From: Myxococcota bacterium
GTDB lineage: Bacteria > Myxococcota_A > UBA9160 > SZUA-336
Length of the DNA: 64,000 nt
Assembly: GCA_965247115.1 (NCBI GenBank)
Contig: CBDFGR010000003.1
Span: forward strand, 992,001-1,056,000
Direction of reading: 5' to 3'
This document shows positions 45,060 to 54,309 of this stretch, one piece after another. Within the stretch, counting starts at the first letter, position 1. Every line of letters begins with the position of its first letter. The notes under the pieces are model-generated. The model was not told the DNA's origin. It searched no databases and saw only the letters and a list, made by a program, of their open reading frames with translations. The translations under genes and the position numbers were made by a program.

Positions 45060-46334
45060 ATGCCAGAGACGACCAGCGACGAGAGGGAAGACGGAGCGGG
45101 AGTCAGCCTGCCCGAAGTCGTGTCGCGGCTTTGCAACGTGCCGCTCCTGATGGAGCGATCGCGGATGGAGCCGCTGATCGCAACGATGCGCACCGCCGAT
45201 GGATTCGACCCCAAGGCGTTCTTCTTTCTCTTCGACAGCGAGCCCTCGTCCCTCGAGATCCGGGATGGGATCGCGGTCGTGCCGATCCAGGGCGCGCTCT
45301 TCGGATTCAGGCTCAGCCGCCTGAAGGAGAAGCTCAAGCAGGCGATCGGGCGCGGCGACGTCAGGGGGATCCTGCTCGATGTCGCCAGCCCAGGCGGGCA
45401 GGTCGCTGGGACCTTCGACCTGGCCGACGAGATCTTTGAGGCGCGCAGCATCAAACCCATCTGGGCCATCGCGAACGACGATGCCTTCTCCGCAGCCTAC
45501 GCGCTCGCGAGTTCGGCGGAGCGGATCCTTGTCACTCGGACTGGGGGCGTCGGAAGTGTCGGTGTGATCGCTGTCCACGTCGAGTTCAGCAAGATGGACG
45601 AGCGGGTGGGATTGACGATCACGGAGATCTTCTCGGGCGCGCACAAGGCGGACCTGAGCGACTCGAAGCCGCTCACGAGCGATGCGCGCGCGTCGGCGCA
45701 GGCGGAGGTCGATCGGCTTCGAGAGATCTTCGTCGCGGCCGTCGCACGCAATCGCGACATGGCCCCGAAGGCGGTGCGCGACACCGAGGCGGCAGTGTAC
45801 TTCGGCGGTGCCAACGGCGCCGACGTGGGATTCGCCGACGGCGAATCGACATTTGATCAAGTGTTTGCGGAGTTCAAGGAGATGGTCTCCAAGCGACCCG
45901 CGCTCACCATCAGCGGGCTCACGCCCGTCAGAGGGGACGGTGGAATGGCCGATCCGAAGCAGCCCGAGGGTAGCCACGAGGCGGAGGCCTCCGAAGGCGC
46001 CGACCGGGACAACGTGATCAGCATCGAGAACGCGCGCAAGGAAGGGCGCGCGGAGGCGGAGGCCTCCGCAAAGGAGCGCGCGTCGGCGATCCGGATGGCC
46101 TGCGATCTGGCGGGCTGCCCGGAGCGGTTCGGTGAGCTCCTCGATAGCGAGCTCACAGCCGAGCAGGTCGGGAAGACGCTGCTCGAGGACCGCGCAGGCA
46201 AGTCCGAGGAGGAGATCCACGGACACCACCGCGCCCGAGACGACGAGCCCGAGCCGGAGATCCACACCCAAGGGATCTACGCCCGCTGGAGCGACCCGCA
46301 GTCGTTCCGTACGGGTGTGGTGAAGGGAGGCTGA
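45060..46334 (+). CDS. S49 prohead protease with scaffold C-terminus (gpC/Nu3-like)
   Basis: SPGG, AFSAAYALAS, GSVGV, GAHKAD. Confidence 0.9.
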   Translation: MPETTSDEREDGAGVSLPEVVSRLCNVPLLMERSRMEPLIATMRTADGFDPKAFFFLFDSEPSSLEIRDGIAVVPIQGALFGFRLSRLKEKLKQAIGRGDVRGILLDVASPGGQVAGTFDLADEIFEARSIKPIWAIANDDAFSAAYALASSAERILVTRTGGVGSVGVIAVHVEFSKMDERVGLTITEIFSGAHKADLSDSKPLTSDARASAQAEVDRLREIFVAAVARNRDMAPKAVRDTEAAVYFGGANGADVGFADGESTFDQVFAEFKEMVSKRPALTISGLTPVRGDGGMADPKQPEGSHEAEASEGADRDNVISIENARKEGRAEAEASAKERASAIRMACDLAGCPERFGELLDSELTAEQVGKTLLEDRAGKSEEEIHGHHRARDDEPEPEIHTQGIYARWSDPQSFRTGVVKGG

Positions 46335-46335
46335 G

Positions 46336-46432
46336 ATGGCACAACAGACCGAACCCCAGCACGCGGTGGCGTTCGTCGCCTCCGAGGCGGCGGGGAACCG
46401 CTCCCGGGAATCCGTGACAATCCAGGGAGGCT
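46336..46432 (+). pseudogene. Head decoration protein, N-terminal fragment
   Basis: MAQQTEPQHAVAFVASEAAGNRSRESVTI, then similarity stops. Confidence 0.75.
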
Positions 46433-46859
46433 CCAGTGCAGACCGGTCCCTCGTGTCGCCACAGCCGCCGGCAGGCCCAGCGTCAGCCCATCACCGCATC
46501 CGAAGGCCGACAGCTCTCCGTGATCCACGAACAGCTTGACCCACGAACGCTCCATGACCGGACCTTCTTGGCATTGATAGTTTTGGTGTCTCCCACGGAC
46601 CAACACAAGCCCCTTTGGTCTCCCGATGCTGCCCGTCCCTGGCCGACATGGTGCTCTACTGTGCGCTGCCTTCGGAGCTGGCGTGGGTCAGGCACGCGAC
46701 CCGGCGCCGAGCAGAGCCTGCACCCGGCTGCTGTCACCGCTGGCATGCGCGCGTAGGAGAAACGCGGATAAGTGCTCCTCAGCGGCGCTGGGCCGCTCAC
46801 CACCAGTATAGTCGGGCATGAGCTCCATTGAATGGAACTCGAGGCAAGCAGGATTCCAG

Positions 46860-47261
46860 CTAGGCCTCTGAGGTCCCGGCGCGAGCACCGTCTATCGACC
46901 AGGCGCCTGGGCCGCGCGCAGCCAGGTACAGGAAGATCCAGCAATAGGCGATCGCGATCTCGCCCTGGTTCAGAATCGGCCAGAAGCCGCCAGGGATCAC
47001 GTGTCCCAGGAAGTACGCCGCGGCCATCAGACCGCTGCAGACGAACGCTGTCGGTTTCGAGAACAGTCCGATCGCGATCAGTGCTCCGCCGACCAGTTCA
47101 ATCGGCCCGGCCACATAGGTGATGTACGCGGGAATCCCTTCCGGGAGACCGCCGAACCACCCAAACAGCTTCTGGGCCCCGTGGGTGGCGAAGTTGATCC
47201 CGACCAGGATTCGCATAACGTCGAAGATTCGGTCCGATTGAGCGGCTAACGTACCAAACAT
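46860..47261 (-). CDS. DoxX family membrane protein
   Basis: HGAQKLFGWFG, SGLMAAAYF, GPGAWSID; own promoter TTGATC-N17-TACTAT and GGAG RBS. Confidence 0.9.
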   Translation of the reverse strand: MFGTLAAQSDRIFDVMRILVGINFATHGAQKLFGWFGGLPEGIPAYITYVAGPIELVGGALIAIGLFSKPTAFVCSGLMAAAYFLGHVIPGGFWPILNQGEIAIAYCWIFLYLAARGPGAWSIDGARAGTSEA

Positions 47262-47344
47262 GATTTCTCCCAGAGCTGGAGCTGCCGCATAGTAGAATGT
47301 AGGCCAGCTCGGATCAAGTCTCAAAGCGGCGCGGTCAACCTGAG

Positions 47345-47972
47345 AACGACAAGGTGGTGACGTTCAGTCTAGAGGACGCGATGTTGGCTGGGCTCTACCC
47401 CGGCAAGAAGGATCGCAACGGCGAGCCGAGCGTCTGGTCAAAGTACCCGAAGGACATGCTCATCTGGAAGGCCGTAGCGCGCGACTGCCGACGGAACTGG
47501 GCCGACATGACCCGGCAGTGTTCCCGTCGCTGAGGACATGCCCGGCTACGGCGAGTCAAGGCTTGAGATCAACGTCACACCGCCGCGCGAGGACACTCCG
47601 ACGGCGGACCCGGCTCGTGCACTCTTCGCGGGTGAGTCGATCGAGCCTGAGATCGTCGGACCCGAGGGGCCCGGCGGTCCCGCTGCACCGAACGCAGAGC
47701 CTGAGGATGTGGGGGACTCAGATGACTCTGCTGCGCCGAACGCCGGGACGCCCTCTGACGATGCGAATGCAACGGGTCGCCCGGCTCCGAGTGAGGGATC
47801 CAGTGAGGCCACGCCGGAGCCGGGACCTCCCAACGAGGACGGCCCGAAGTTCTCGGCGCTACCCAAGGACTTCGACCCGACGCGCGACAACTGCCCCGAC
47901 TGCGAGCGCACGGCTGATCTCGGTCACAAACCGGGGTGCTCCATCGCGAAGCTGCTGAAGGAGCAGGGGTGA
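47345..47972 (+). pseudogene. RecT/Red-beta-like single-strand annealing protein, C-terminal remnant
   Basis: FSLEDAMLAGL...WSKYPKDMLIWKAVAR followed by an acidic tail. Confidence 0.6.
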
Positions 47973-48160
47973 AGACACGAACCACCGACCAGAAGTTGGT
48001 CGACCGCGTCCCCTGCGAGGGCTCTGAGGACTGCGACAAACTCGTCAGTCCCGACGGCTTCCGTCTTTGCCCTGAGCACCTGAAGGAGTCGTGGGACGGA
48101 ATGGAGGAGGCGGAGAATACGCCTCCGTCTCGCAGGCCGAGGCGAAGAGATGGCGACTGA
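47969..48160 (+). CDS. Small hypothetical phage protein (Cys/His)
   Basis: GTGA-coupled; CEGSEDC...CPEH. Confidence 0.45.
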   Translation: MKTRTTDQKLVDRVPCEGSEDCDKLVSPDGFRLCPEHLKESWDGMEEAENTPPSRRPRRRDGD

Positions 48161-48413
48161 GCCGACCGGCGAGCCTTTCTGGCTCAACTTCACACAGCTT
48201 GCGAAGCGTCTCGGTGTTCCGCGCAACAAGCTGTACCAGTTCGAGAGGATGGGCATGCCTGTCGTGAAAGTGGACCGGCAGAACCGCGTGATATGGTCCG
48301 AGTTCGTCGCATGGGCGAAGGAGCAGCAGACGCGCGAGGAGAGCCCCGACGAGTTCGCCGAGCGCCGGATGAGGGAGACAGGCTTTGAGCGTAAGTCTCT
48401 ACAAGCGGGGTAG
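48150..48413 (+). CDS. Excisionase
   Basis: LNFTQLAKRLGV...GMP...FVAW, immediately upstream of the integrase. Confidence 0.75.
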   Translation: MATEPTGEPFWLNFTQLAKRLGVPRNKLYQFERMGMPVVKVDRQNRVIWSEFVAWAKEQQTREESPDEFAERRMRETGFERKSLQAG

Positions 48414-49587
48414 GATCTGGTACGCGGATATCTCGCTCGACGGACAGCGGGTTCGCGAGTCGATGCAGACCACCGTTCGCAAGGCCGCGGAGTCGAAGGC
48501 CAAGGCGCGCGAGCGTACGATGATCTCCGGCGATTGGGAGCCGAAACGACGCGGCGGCGCCCCGGTACTCCGCGAAGCTTTCGACGACTTCTTGAAGACT
48601 TCGCGACGTGAGAAGGGTACGCTCGGTCGCTACCGAACGGGCTTCAAGCTGGCGTGCGAGTTCTTCGGCGATCGCCGTCTTCTCGCCGACATCACGCGCG
48701 CCGACGCCGAGGCGTTCGTTCGTAGTCTCGTCGTCGCCAAGCACGCGACTGACGACGACGAGGAGGAAGTACGCCGATCGCCGGGCACGCTTCGGAACCT
48801 GGTCGTCGTCTTCCGCAACGCGGTGCGACGCGGTGAGCTGCGCGAGAATCCGTGGGACGTGGCGTGGGTGATCGCTGAAGTAGCTCCAGAACGCGAGCGA
48901 CTCGGCGACGACGAGGACGCCGTGTACCCCCTCACGCGCGACGAGCAGGTGAGGCTCCTCGAGAAGCTCGGCCAGGTCGACCGGGGACTGTACATCGCGA
49001 CGCTGCTCAGTCTGCGTGCGGGCCTGCGTCGCTCCGAGGTTCTCGGGCTGCACTGGGACGACCTGGACCTGCGCGCGAGTCCGCCGGTGCTCCGAGTGCG
49101 TCGACGCATCTCGCGGAGCCAGGCCGGTGCGCCGAAGTCGGCCGCATCGAGGCGGCGCGTGCCTCTCTCGCCTGGCCTAGTCCACGCGCTCGAGTGTTAC
49201 CGGCAGTCGCAGCTCGAGGAAGCGATGGAAAAGGGTCGTGATCTGAAACCCGTCCTGATCCCACCGCTGGCGGGACGATTCCCGTACCGTGGCGAGTGGC
49301 GCTTCTCGCGACAGTTCCGGCAGCACATGATCAAGGCCGGCGTAAAGCCGAAGAGCGACCATCCCTTCCACCGGCTGCGCCACACGTACGCCTCCGAGCT
49401 GCTCTCGGCGGGTGTTCCCATCGCTCAGGTGAGCGAGTGGATCGGTCACTCGGACGAGAAGATCACGCGCAGGGTGTACACGCACTGGATTCCGAACCCG
49501 GATCACGCCGAGCTCGTCGGGCGGCTCGATAGTTTTGGGGCAGTCGACCTCGACGTCGCTGAGGACTCGCTGTGCACTTTCGTGTGA
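48385..49587 (+). CDS. Tyrosine integrase
   Basis: Arm-binding N-terminus YKRGRIWY; catalytic motifs GLRRSE, HRLRH, GHS, VYTH all present. Confidence 0.95.
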   Translation: MSVSLYKRGRIWYADISLDGQRVRESMQTTVRKAAESKAKARERTMISGDWEPKRRGGAPVLREAFDDFLKTSRREKGTLGRYRTGFKLACEFFGDRRLLADITRADAEAFVRSLVVAKHATDDDEEEVRRSPGTLRNLVVVFRNAVRRGELRENPWDVAWVIAEVAPERERLGDDEDAVYPLTRDEQVRLLEKLGQVDRGLYIATLLSLRAGLRRSEVLGLHWDDLDLRASPPVLRVRRRISRSQAGAPKSAASRRRVPLSPGLVHALECYRQSQLEEAMEKGRDLKPVLIPPLAGRFPYRGEWRFSRQFRQHMIKAGVKPKSDHPFHRLRHTYASELLSAGVPIAQVSEWIGHSDEKITRRVYTHWIPNPDHAELVGRLDSFGAVDLDVAEDSLCTFV

Positions 49588-49666
49588 ACAACTCGACTAT
49601 GACGTCACAAATGCGACACACCCCCCAATTTGGTACACTTCGCAGCATCGTAAGTGCTTGGAAACA

Positions 49667-49712
<46 letters not shown>

Positions 49713-49889
49713 TCGACAGAATCACCCGAGTGCGGCTCTGCGCGGCGCTTAGAGCGTAACGATGGGGAATCAGGGTCCCCCAGACACCCCCGAACGTCCA
49801 CTTTGGACGGCGACGATGAGCGGTCAGCAGAGTCAGATCGCACTATCGTGTTACAGTCTTCCCCACCTCGCCCACGGGAGAGCACTACG

Positions 49890-50530
49890 ATGGAAGACAT
49901 CTTCAAACCAGATGCGTTCGCGGACAAAGTGGTTCTCGTGACCGGAGCCACCTCGGGTCTCGGCGCAGAGACCGCACGGGAGTTCGCTGCACACGGTGCC
50001 GCTGACCGGCCGGGATCGCAGGCGCGGAGAGGGGGTGCGTGACGAGATCACAAAGATGGTGTCGTGGCCCAGACGGTCGATCGCTTCGGGCGCATCGACA
50101 TCCTCTTCAACGAGCACCAGGTCCGCCTTGCCCCCCGCCTCACACGCCTCGGAGCTTGCATATCCGCGGATCGATGAGTTCACGGATGAGGACTGGCACC
50201 TCGTGATCGATACCAGCCTCCACGCGACCTTCTACAAGGCCGCCATCATCCACCTGACCCGGGTAATGGCGCTTGAGACAGCGGAACAGAACATTCGGGT
50301 CACCGTGATCTGCCCAGGCGATATCGACACACCGATACAGGAGAGCGGCTACGCTGGTCTGGAGCTCGGCCGCGACGACTGGTTGGCTGCGATCGCCTCG
50401 ACGATCCCGATGAAGCGCATCGGCCGTTCGGAGGAGATCGCGCCCACCGTGATGTTCATGGCATCTGATGCGGCTTCATTCGCCACGGGAAGCGTGTATT
50501 CCGTCGACGGAGGCGCTGTTTGTCGAGAGC
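49890..50530 (+). pseudogene. SDR oxidoreductase with several internal deletions and frameshifts
   Basis: VTGATSGLG, FGRIDILFN, ICPGDIDT, PMKRIG, VDGG; YxxxK region collapsed. Confidence 0.85.
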
Positions 50531-50673
50531 TAATCCGGTTCCGTAGAGTTGCCGAGTGTCTCCACGAGTTGACACAACGCCGGCGGGACGCCGGAAGCGG
50601 AGGCAAGTTCTACCAAGCGACGATCTCGCGCGTTGGCCGCAGGGGCATCCTGGATATAACTATGGAGTGAGAT

Positions 50674-51210
50674 ATGACTAGTACGATGTTCAAAAAGCTA
50701 ACGAGCTTCGATTACATCAAGCTCAAGATCTTCCAGCCCATAAAGAACAGAAATTCCAGAGGGCTTTTTGGACGCCGGAGTCGTCGGCCACAGCAAAAGA
50801 CTCAATTAACAAGCATAATCGAGGCGAAGACAACCATAAGAGGCAATGTGTCCGGAGAAGAGAATCTGCGGATCGAAGGCAAGTTGGAAGGCACGGTCAA
50901 CCTTCCCAGAAACCATGTAATCGTTGGCGAAACGGGTCAGGTGATCGCAGATATTACAGCGAACATAGCGACCCTAGACGGGGACACAAAAGGGGAAATC
51001 AAAGCCGTCGAGAGAGTCATCATCTCGAATACGGGCCGCATCCGCGGCAGTATCTCGAGCCCAAGGGTGGTCTTGGAGGACGGAGGAAAATTCACGGGCC
51101 GTATCGACATGAACCTGACGGAGGGTAAGAAAGTAAAGACCGCACGGAAGGTCCCGGTCAAAGAGACGTCCTCCCAGGAACCGGACGAGCAGGTCAGAAA
51201 GCCAACCTAA
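50674..51210 (+). CDS. Bactofilin (polymer-forming cytoskeletal protein)
   Basis: IRGNVSGEENLRIEGKLEG...LEDGGKFTGRIDM beta-helix repeats. Confidence 0.9.
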   Translation: MTSTMFKKLTSFDYIKLKIFQPIKNRNSRGLFGRRSRRPQQKTQLTSIIEAKTTIRGNVSGEENLRIEGKLEGTVNLPRNHVIVGETGQVIADITANIATLDGDTKGEIKAVERVIISNTGRIRGSISSPRVVLEDGGKFTGRIDMNLTEGKKVKTARKVPVKETSSQEPDEQVRKPT

Positions 51211-51274
51211 GCGGCTTCTCGGACTATTGCGGCACCAACGGCGATCGTGATTGCGTTGCTGATGCCAACAGGTT

Positions 51275-51826
51275 GTGAGCGAACAAACACACAAGAGGGC
51301 CGTCACTTTTCCCTGGATATTGGGACACCTTGATCCCGAGGATCCGTTCACCGTGATGGACGTCGGACAGGGAGAGTCGGGGAGCGTTAAGTTCTTCAAT
51401 CAGTTCCCATGTTGCTTGTACTTCCTGAATCTATACGACAAACCATCGCAGGCTGTCTACGCTCCCTTTACTGATCTACCGGCAGGCATACGGTTTGACG
51501 TCTGTCTTCTCTGGGACTATTTGAACTTTCTGGACGAGGAACAGCTCACCCTTTTCATCCACTCACTGCGTTCTTTCATCCATGCCAAGACGCTCATCCA
51601 TGCAGTTATTGCGTATTCGACCTACCCTCCGCTGCAAAGGCTACGTTACAACGTGGATGAGGGCGGTTCGATCATCTTGAAATCGAATGACTCAGTGCGA
51701 GTGCCATATCCACATACTCTGGCTGAAGTCGTACATCTGTGGCCGCAATTTATCCTCGAGCGCGCGACGATCCTGCACGACAACCGCCTGGAATTGGTTG
51801 CTCGTGAAGGATCGGCGTTGCGGTGA
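51275..51826 (+). CDS. Hypothetical methyltransferase-fold protein
   Basis: VMDVG, FDVCLLWDYLNFL. Confidence 0.65.
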   Translation: MSEQTHKRAVTFPWILGHLDPEDPFTVMDVGQGESGSVKFFNQFPCCLYFLNLYDKPSQAVYAPFTDLPAGIRFDVCLLWDYLNFLDEEQLTLFIHSLRSFIHAKTLIHAVIAYSTYPPLQRLRYNVDEGGSIILKSNDSVRVPYPHTLAEVVHLWPQFILERATILHDNRLELVAREGSALR

Positions 51827-52064
51827 TGTACTCGACGGACATTCAACTCACTCCAAATCTCGTAGGATGTCCTTGCTGTCCGCCACGGTTTGTGGCGCGA
51901 ACGCGAGGATCGTTGTGGCCAGGACCGCTCCCGGCATGCGGAGCACGGACTTCGTCAACCGCCCGGTCTCATCGCAGCACATGCTGGATGCTGGAGCGCA
52001 TCCGGTTGCTGGAAAGTGGCATGTCGTAGATCTCGAAAAGCGAGGCGCTGAGCAGCAGTGCCAT

Positions 52065-52272
52065 GTAAGACGCGGACCGGGACCTCGTCCGCTACGGCAG
52101 CGGGTTTGTCGCTGCATCCGACCCGCAGGCCGTTGCCCATGACCTCGAGCTCGGCCTCGGCGCCACCCTCAAAGCCGCAGACATCCCACATCACCCAGCC
52201 GTGCTCTCCCGGCCCGATCTGCATCGCGCAGGACGGCAGGAGCAGCAGCGCAACGATGAGAGCTTGTTTCAT
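52065..52272 (-). pseudogene. Phage-like lipoprotein fragment
   Basis: MKQALIVALLLLPSC lipobox; ATGA-coupled to the upstream ORF. Confidence 0.5.
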
Positions 52273-52774
52273 GATGTCCCCCCTCGGATCGCACGGACGA
52301 CCTTCTCGGGGATGTCGTCCACCTTCCCTTCGAGGCTGCCGAGCCGTCGCTCCACGTCCCGTAGCTGCTGCTGGACGCCCGATAGGTCGCGCTCGGCAGT
52401 ACCGATCCGGTCGCTATTCGATGCGGACCGCTCCGCAACCGGCGCCACGGCCTTCTTCACGTGCTCCTCACTCGCCACATCTCGGACCAAGGTGATCGAG
52501 TCCGTCTCCTGACCCTCGATCCCGAGCTCGTCCAGGACGATCTCCCCCGTCAGCGTCCCGCCGGCAAGCGGCAGGTACGAGCTCGCCGTGATCGTGTCGA
52601 GGACTTGGGCGTCGGTAAGGCCGTTCCCGACCTTCGACGCCGTGAGCGAGCCGTCAGCGAGGTCCATGAGGTCGGCGTCGAACGCCTGAACGTAGTACCG
52701 ATCACGAGTCCGAGGTTCGTCCGCGCGTCGGCCGCGGTCGAGGCGCCCGTCCCGCCGGCAGCCACCGCGACCAT
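52269..52774 (-). pseudogene. Phage tail-fibre fragment fused to a coiled-coil gene end
   Basis: GGTGASTAADARTNLGL, then a frameshift into VQAFDADL and YLPLAGGTLTG. Confidence 0.7.
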
Positions 52775-53885
52775 CGACGGGGAGCAGGGGATCCTGCGCT
52801 ATCGGGGCTACCCGATCGAGGAGCTAGCCGAGCAGAGCAGCTTCCTGGAGGTTGCCTACCTGCTGATCCGTGGCGAGCTGCCGACCCAGCAGCAGTACGA
52901 CGGCTGGCTCGATTCCCTGCGCTACCACACGATGCTCCACGAGGATGTGAAACGTCTCTTCGACAGGTTTCCGAAGGACGCGCACCCGATGGCCGTGGCG
53001 GCGTCCGTGGTCTCCGCCATCTCGACGTTCTACCCGGAAGACCTCGATCCCGAAGACGAGGAGCAGGTCCGCGTTTCGAGCGATCGCTTGATCGCCAAGT
53101 TCCCGACCATCGCTGCGTACGCATACAAGCACTCGCTGGGCCAGCCCTTCCTCTACCCGGAGAACCGGCTCGGCTACGTCGAGAACTTCCTGCGCCTCAT
53201 GTTCGGGACGCCGTGTGAGGACTTCGAGGTCGATCCCGTGGTCTCGCGCGCCATCGAGCTCCTGCTCATCCTGCACGCCGAGCACGAGCAGAACTGCTCC
53301 ATGAGCACCGTGCGTATCGTGGGCAGCTCCCACGCGAATCTCTTCGCGTCGATCGGCGCGGGAATCAACGCGCTCTGGGGCCCGCGACATGGCGGCGCGA
53401 ATCAGCAGGTGATCGAGATGCTGGACTCGATCGCGGAGGAAGGCCTCTCGGCGCAGCAGTTCGTGGACCGGGCGAAGGACCGGGACGATACGTCCCGCCT
53501 GATGGGCTTCGGTCACCGGGTCTACAGGAACTACGACCCTCGGGCGAGGGTGATCAGGCAGTCCGCGAACGATGTGCTGGAGAAGCTCGGAGCGACGAGC
53601 AAGCTGCTCGAGATTGCCGTCGATCTGGAGCGGATCGCGCTCGAGGACGAGTACTTCGTAAGGCGCCGCCTGTATCCGAACGTCGATTTCTACTCGGGTG
53701 TGATCTACAAGGCGCTCGGCATTCCCGTGAACAGCTTCACGGTCATGTTCGCCATGGGCAGACTACCCGGCTGGATCGCCCATTGGGTCGAGCTGCACAG
53801 AGAGGGCCAGGCGATCGGACGCCCCCGGCAGATCTACACGGGGCCCACCGCGCGCACCTACTCGCCGATCAAGCAGCGCGGCTAA
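52773..53885 (+). pseudogene. gltA: Citrate synthase, 5'-truncated
   Basis: IDGEQGILRYRGYPIE, HEQNCS, HGGAN, GFGHRVY, NVDFYSG; native start region absent. Confidence 0.85.
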
Positions 53886-53899
53886 CGACAAGTGCCGGC

Positions 53900-53966
53900 G
53901 GCCTCGAGGTAGGCGTCGGCCAGCTGGTCCACGACCTCGATGAGGAAGGCGTTCGAGCCCATGGCA
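53900..53966 (-). pseudogene. Type IIG/PglX-like DNA methyltransferase motif I fragment
   Basis: AMGSNAFLIEVVDQLADAYLE. Confidence 0.55.
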
Positions 53967-54221
53967 AGGCCCCGAGGCCTTCGACCGACCCGCTCGGCCT
54001 GAGCTTTGCACCTACTCCAACGATCAGTCCGACCTTCCGCGACCTGATCGAGTCGGCTCCGGCTCTGGGGAGCAGAAACTCAGAGTCGAGCCTGTCTACC
54101 AATATCTTCTCAGCTACGAGTGCATGAGTGGACTTGATCTCAGTGTGGCTGCATTCCGTCTTATTCCGGACCCAGGCCAAGCTCGTGCTCTGCGGTCAAC
54201 TCGGCGAACTGGTAAGATGAC

Positions 54222-54309
54222 CGGTGGCGCGCACTTGGATGGCTCCGCGCGTGCGTCGTTACGACCATGCGTGTGCTTTACCGCCTTCTCTGTGCCGCGC
54301 TTGCCGCGG
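54222..54309 (+). repeat. 88-bp direct repeat, copy 1 (copy 2 at 58436-58523)
   Basis: 3 mismatches; includes the start of the 54267 CDS. Confidence 0.95.

Noticed and set aside
35266..49587. Complete inducible prophage or gene transfer agent
   Set aside because: No capsid or tail genes, a broken portal, and two ends matching different tRNAs.
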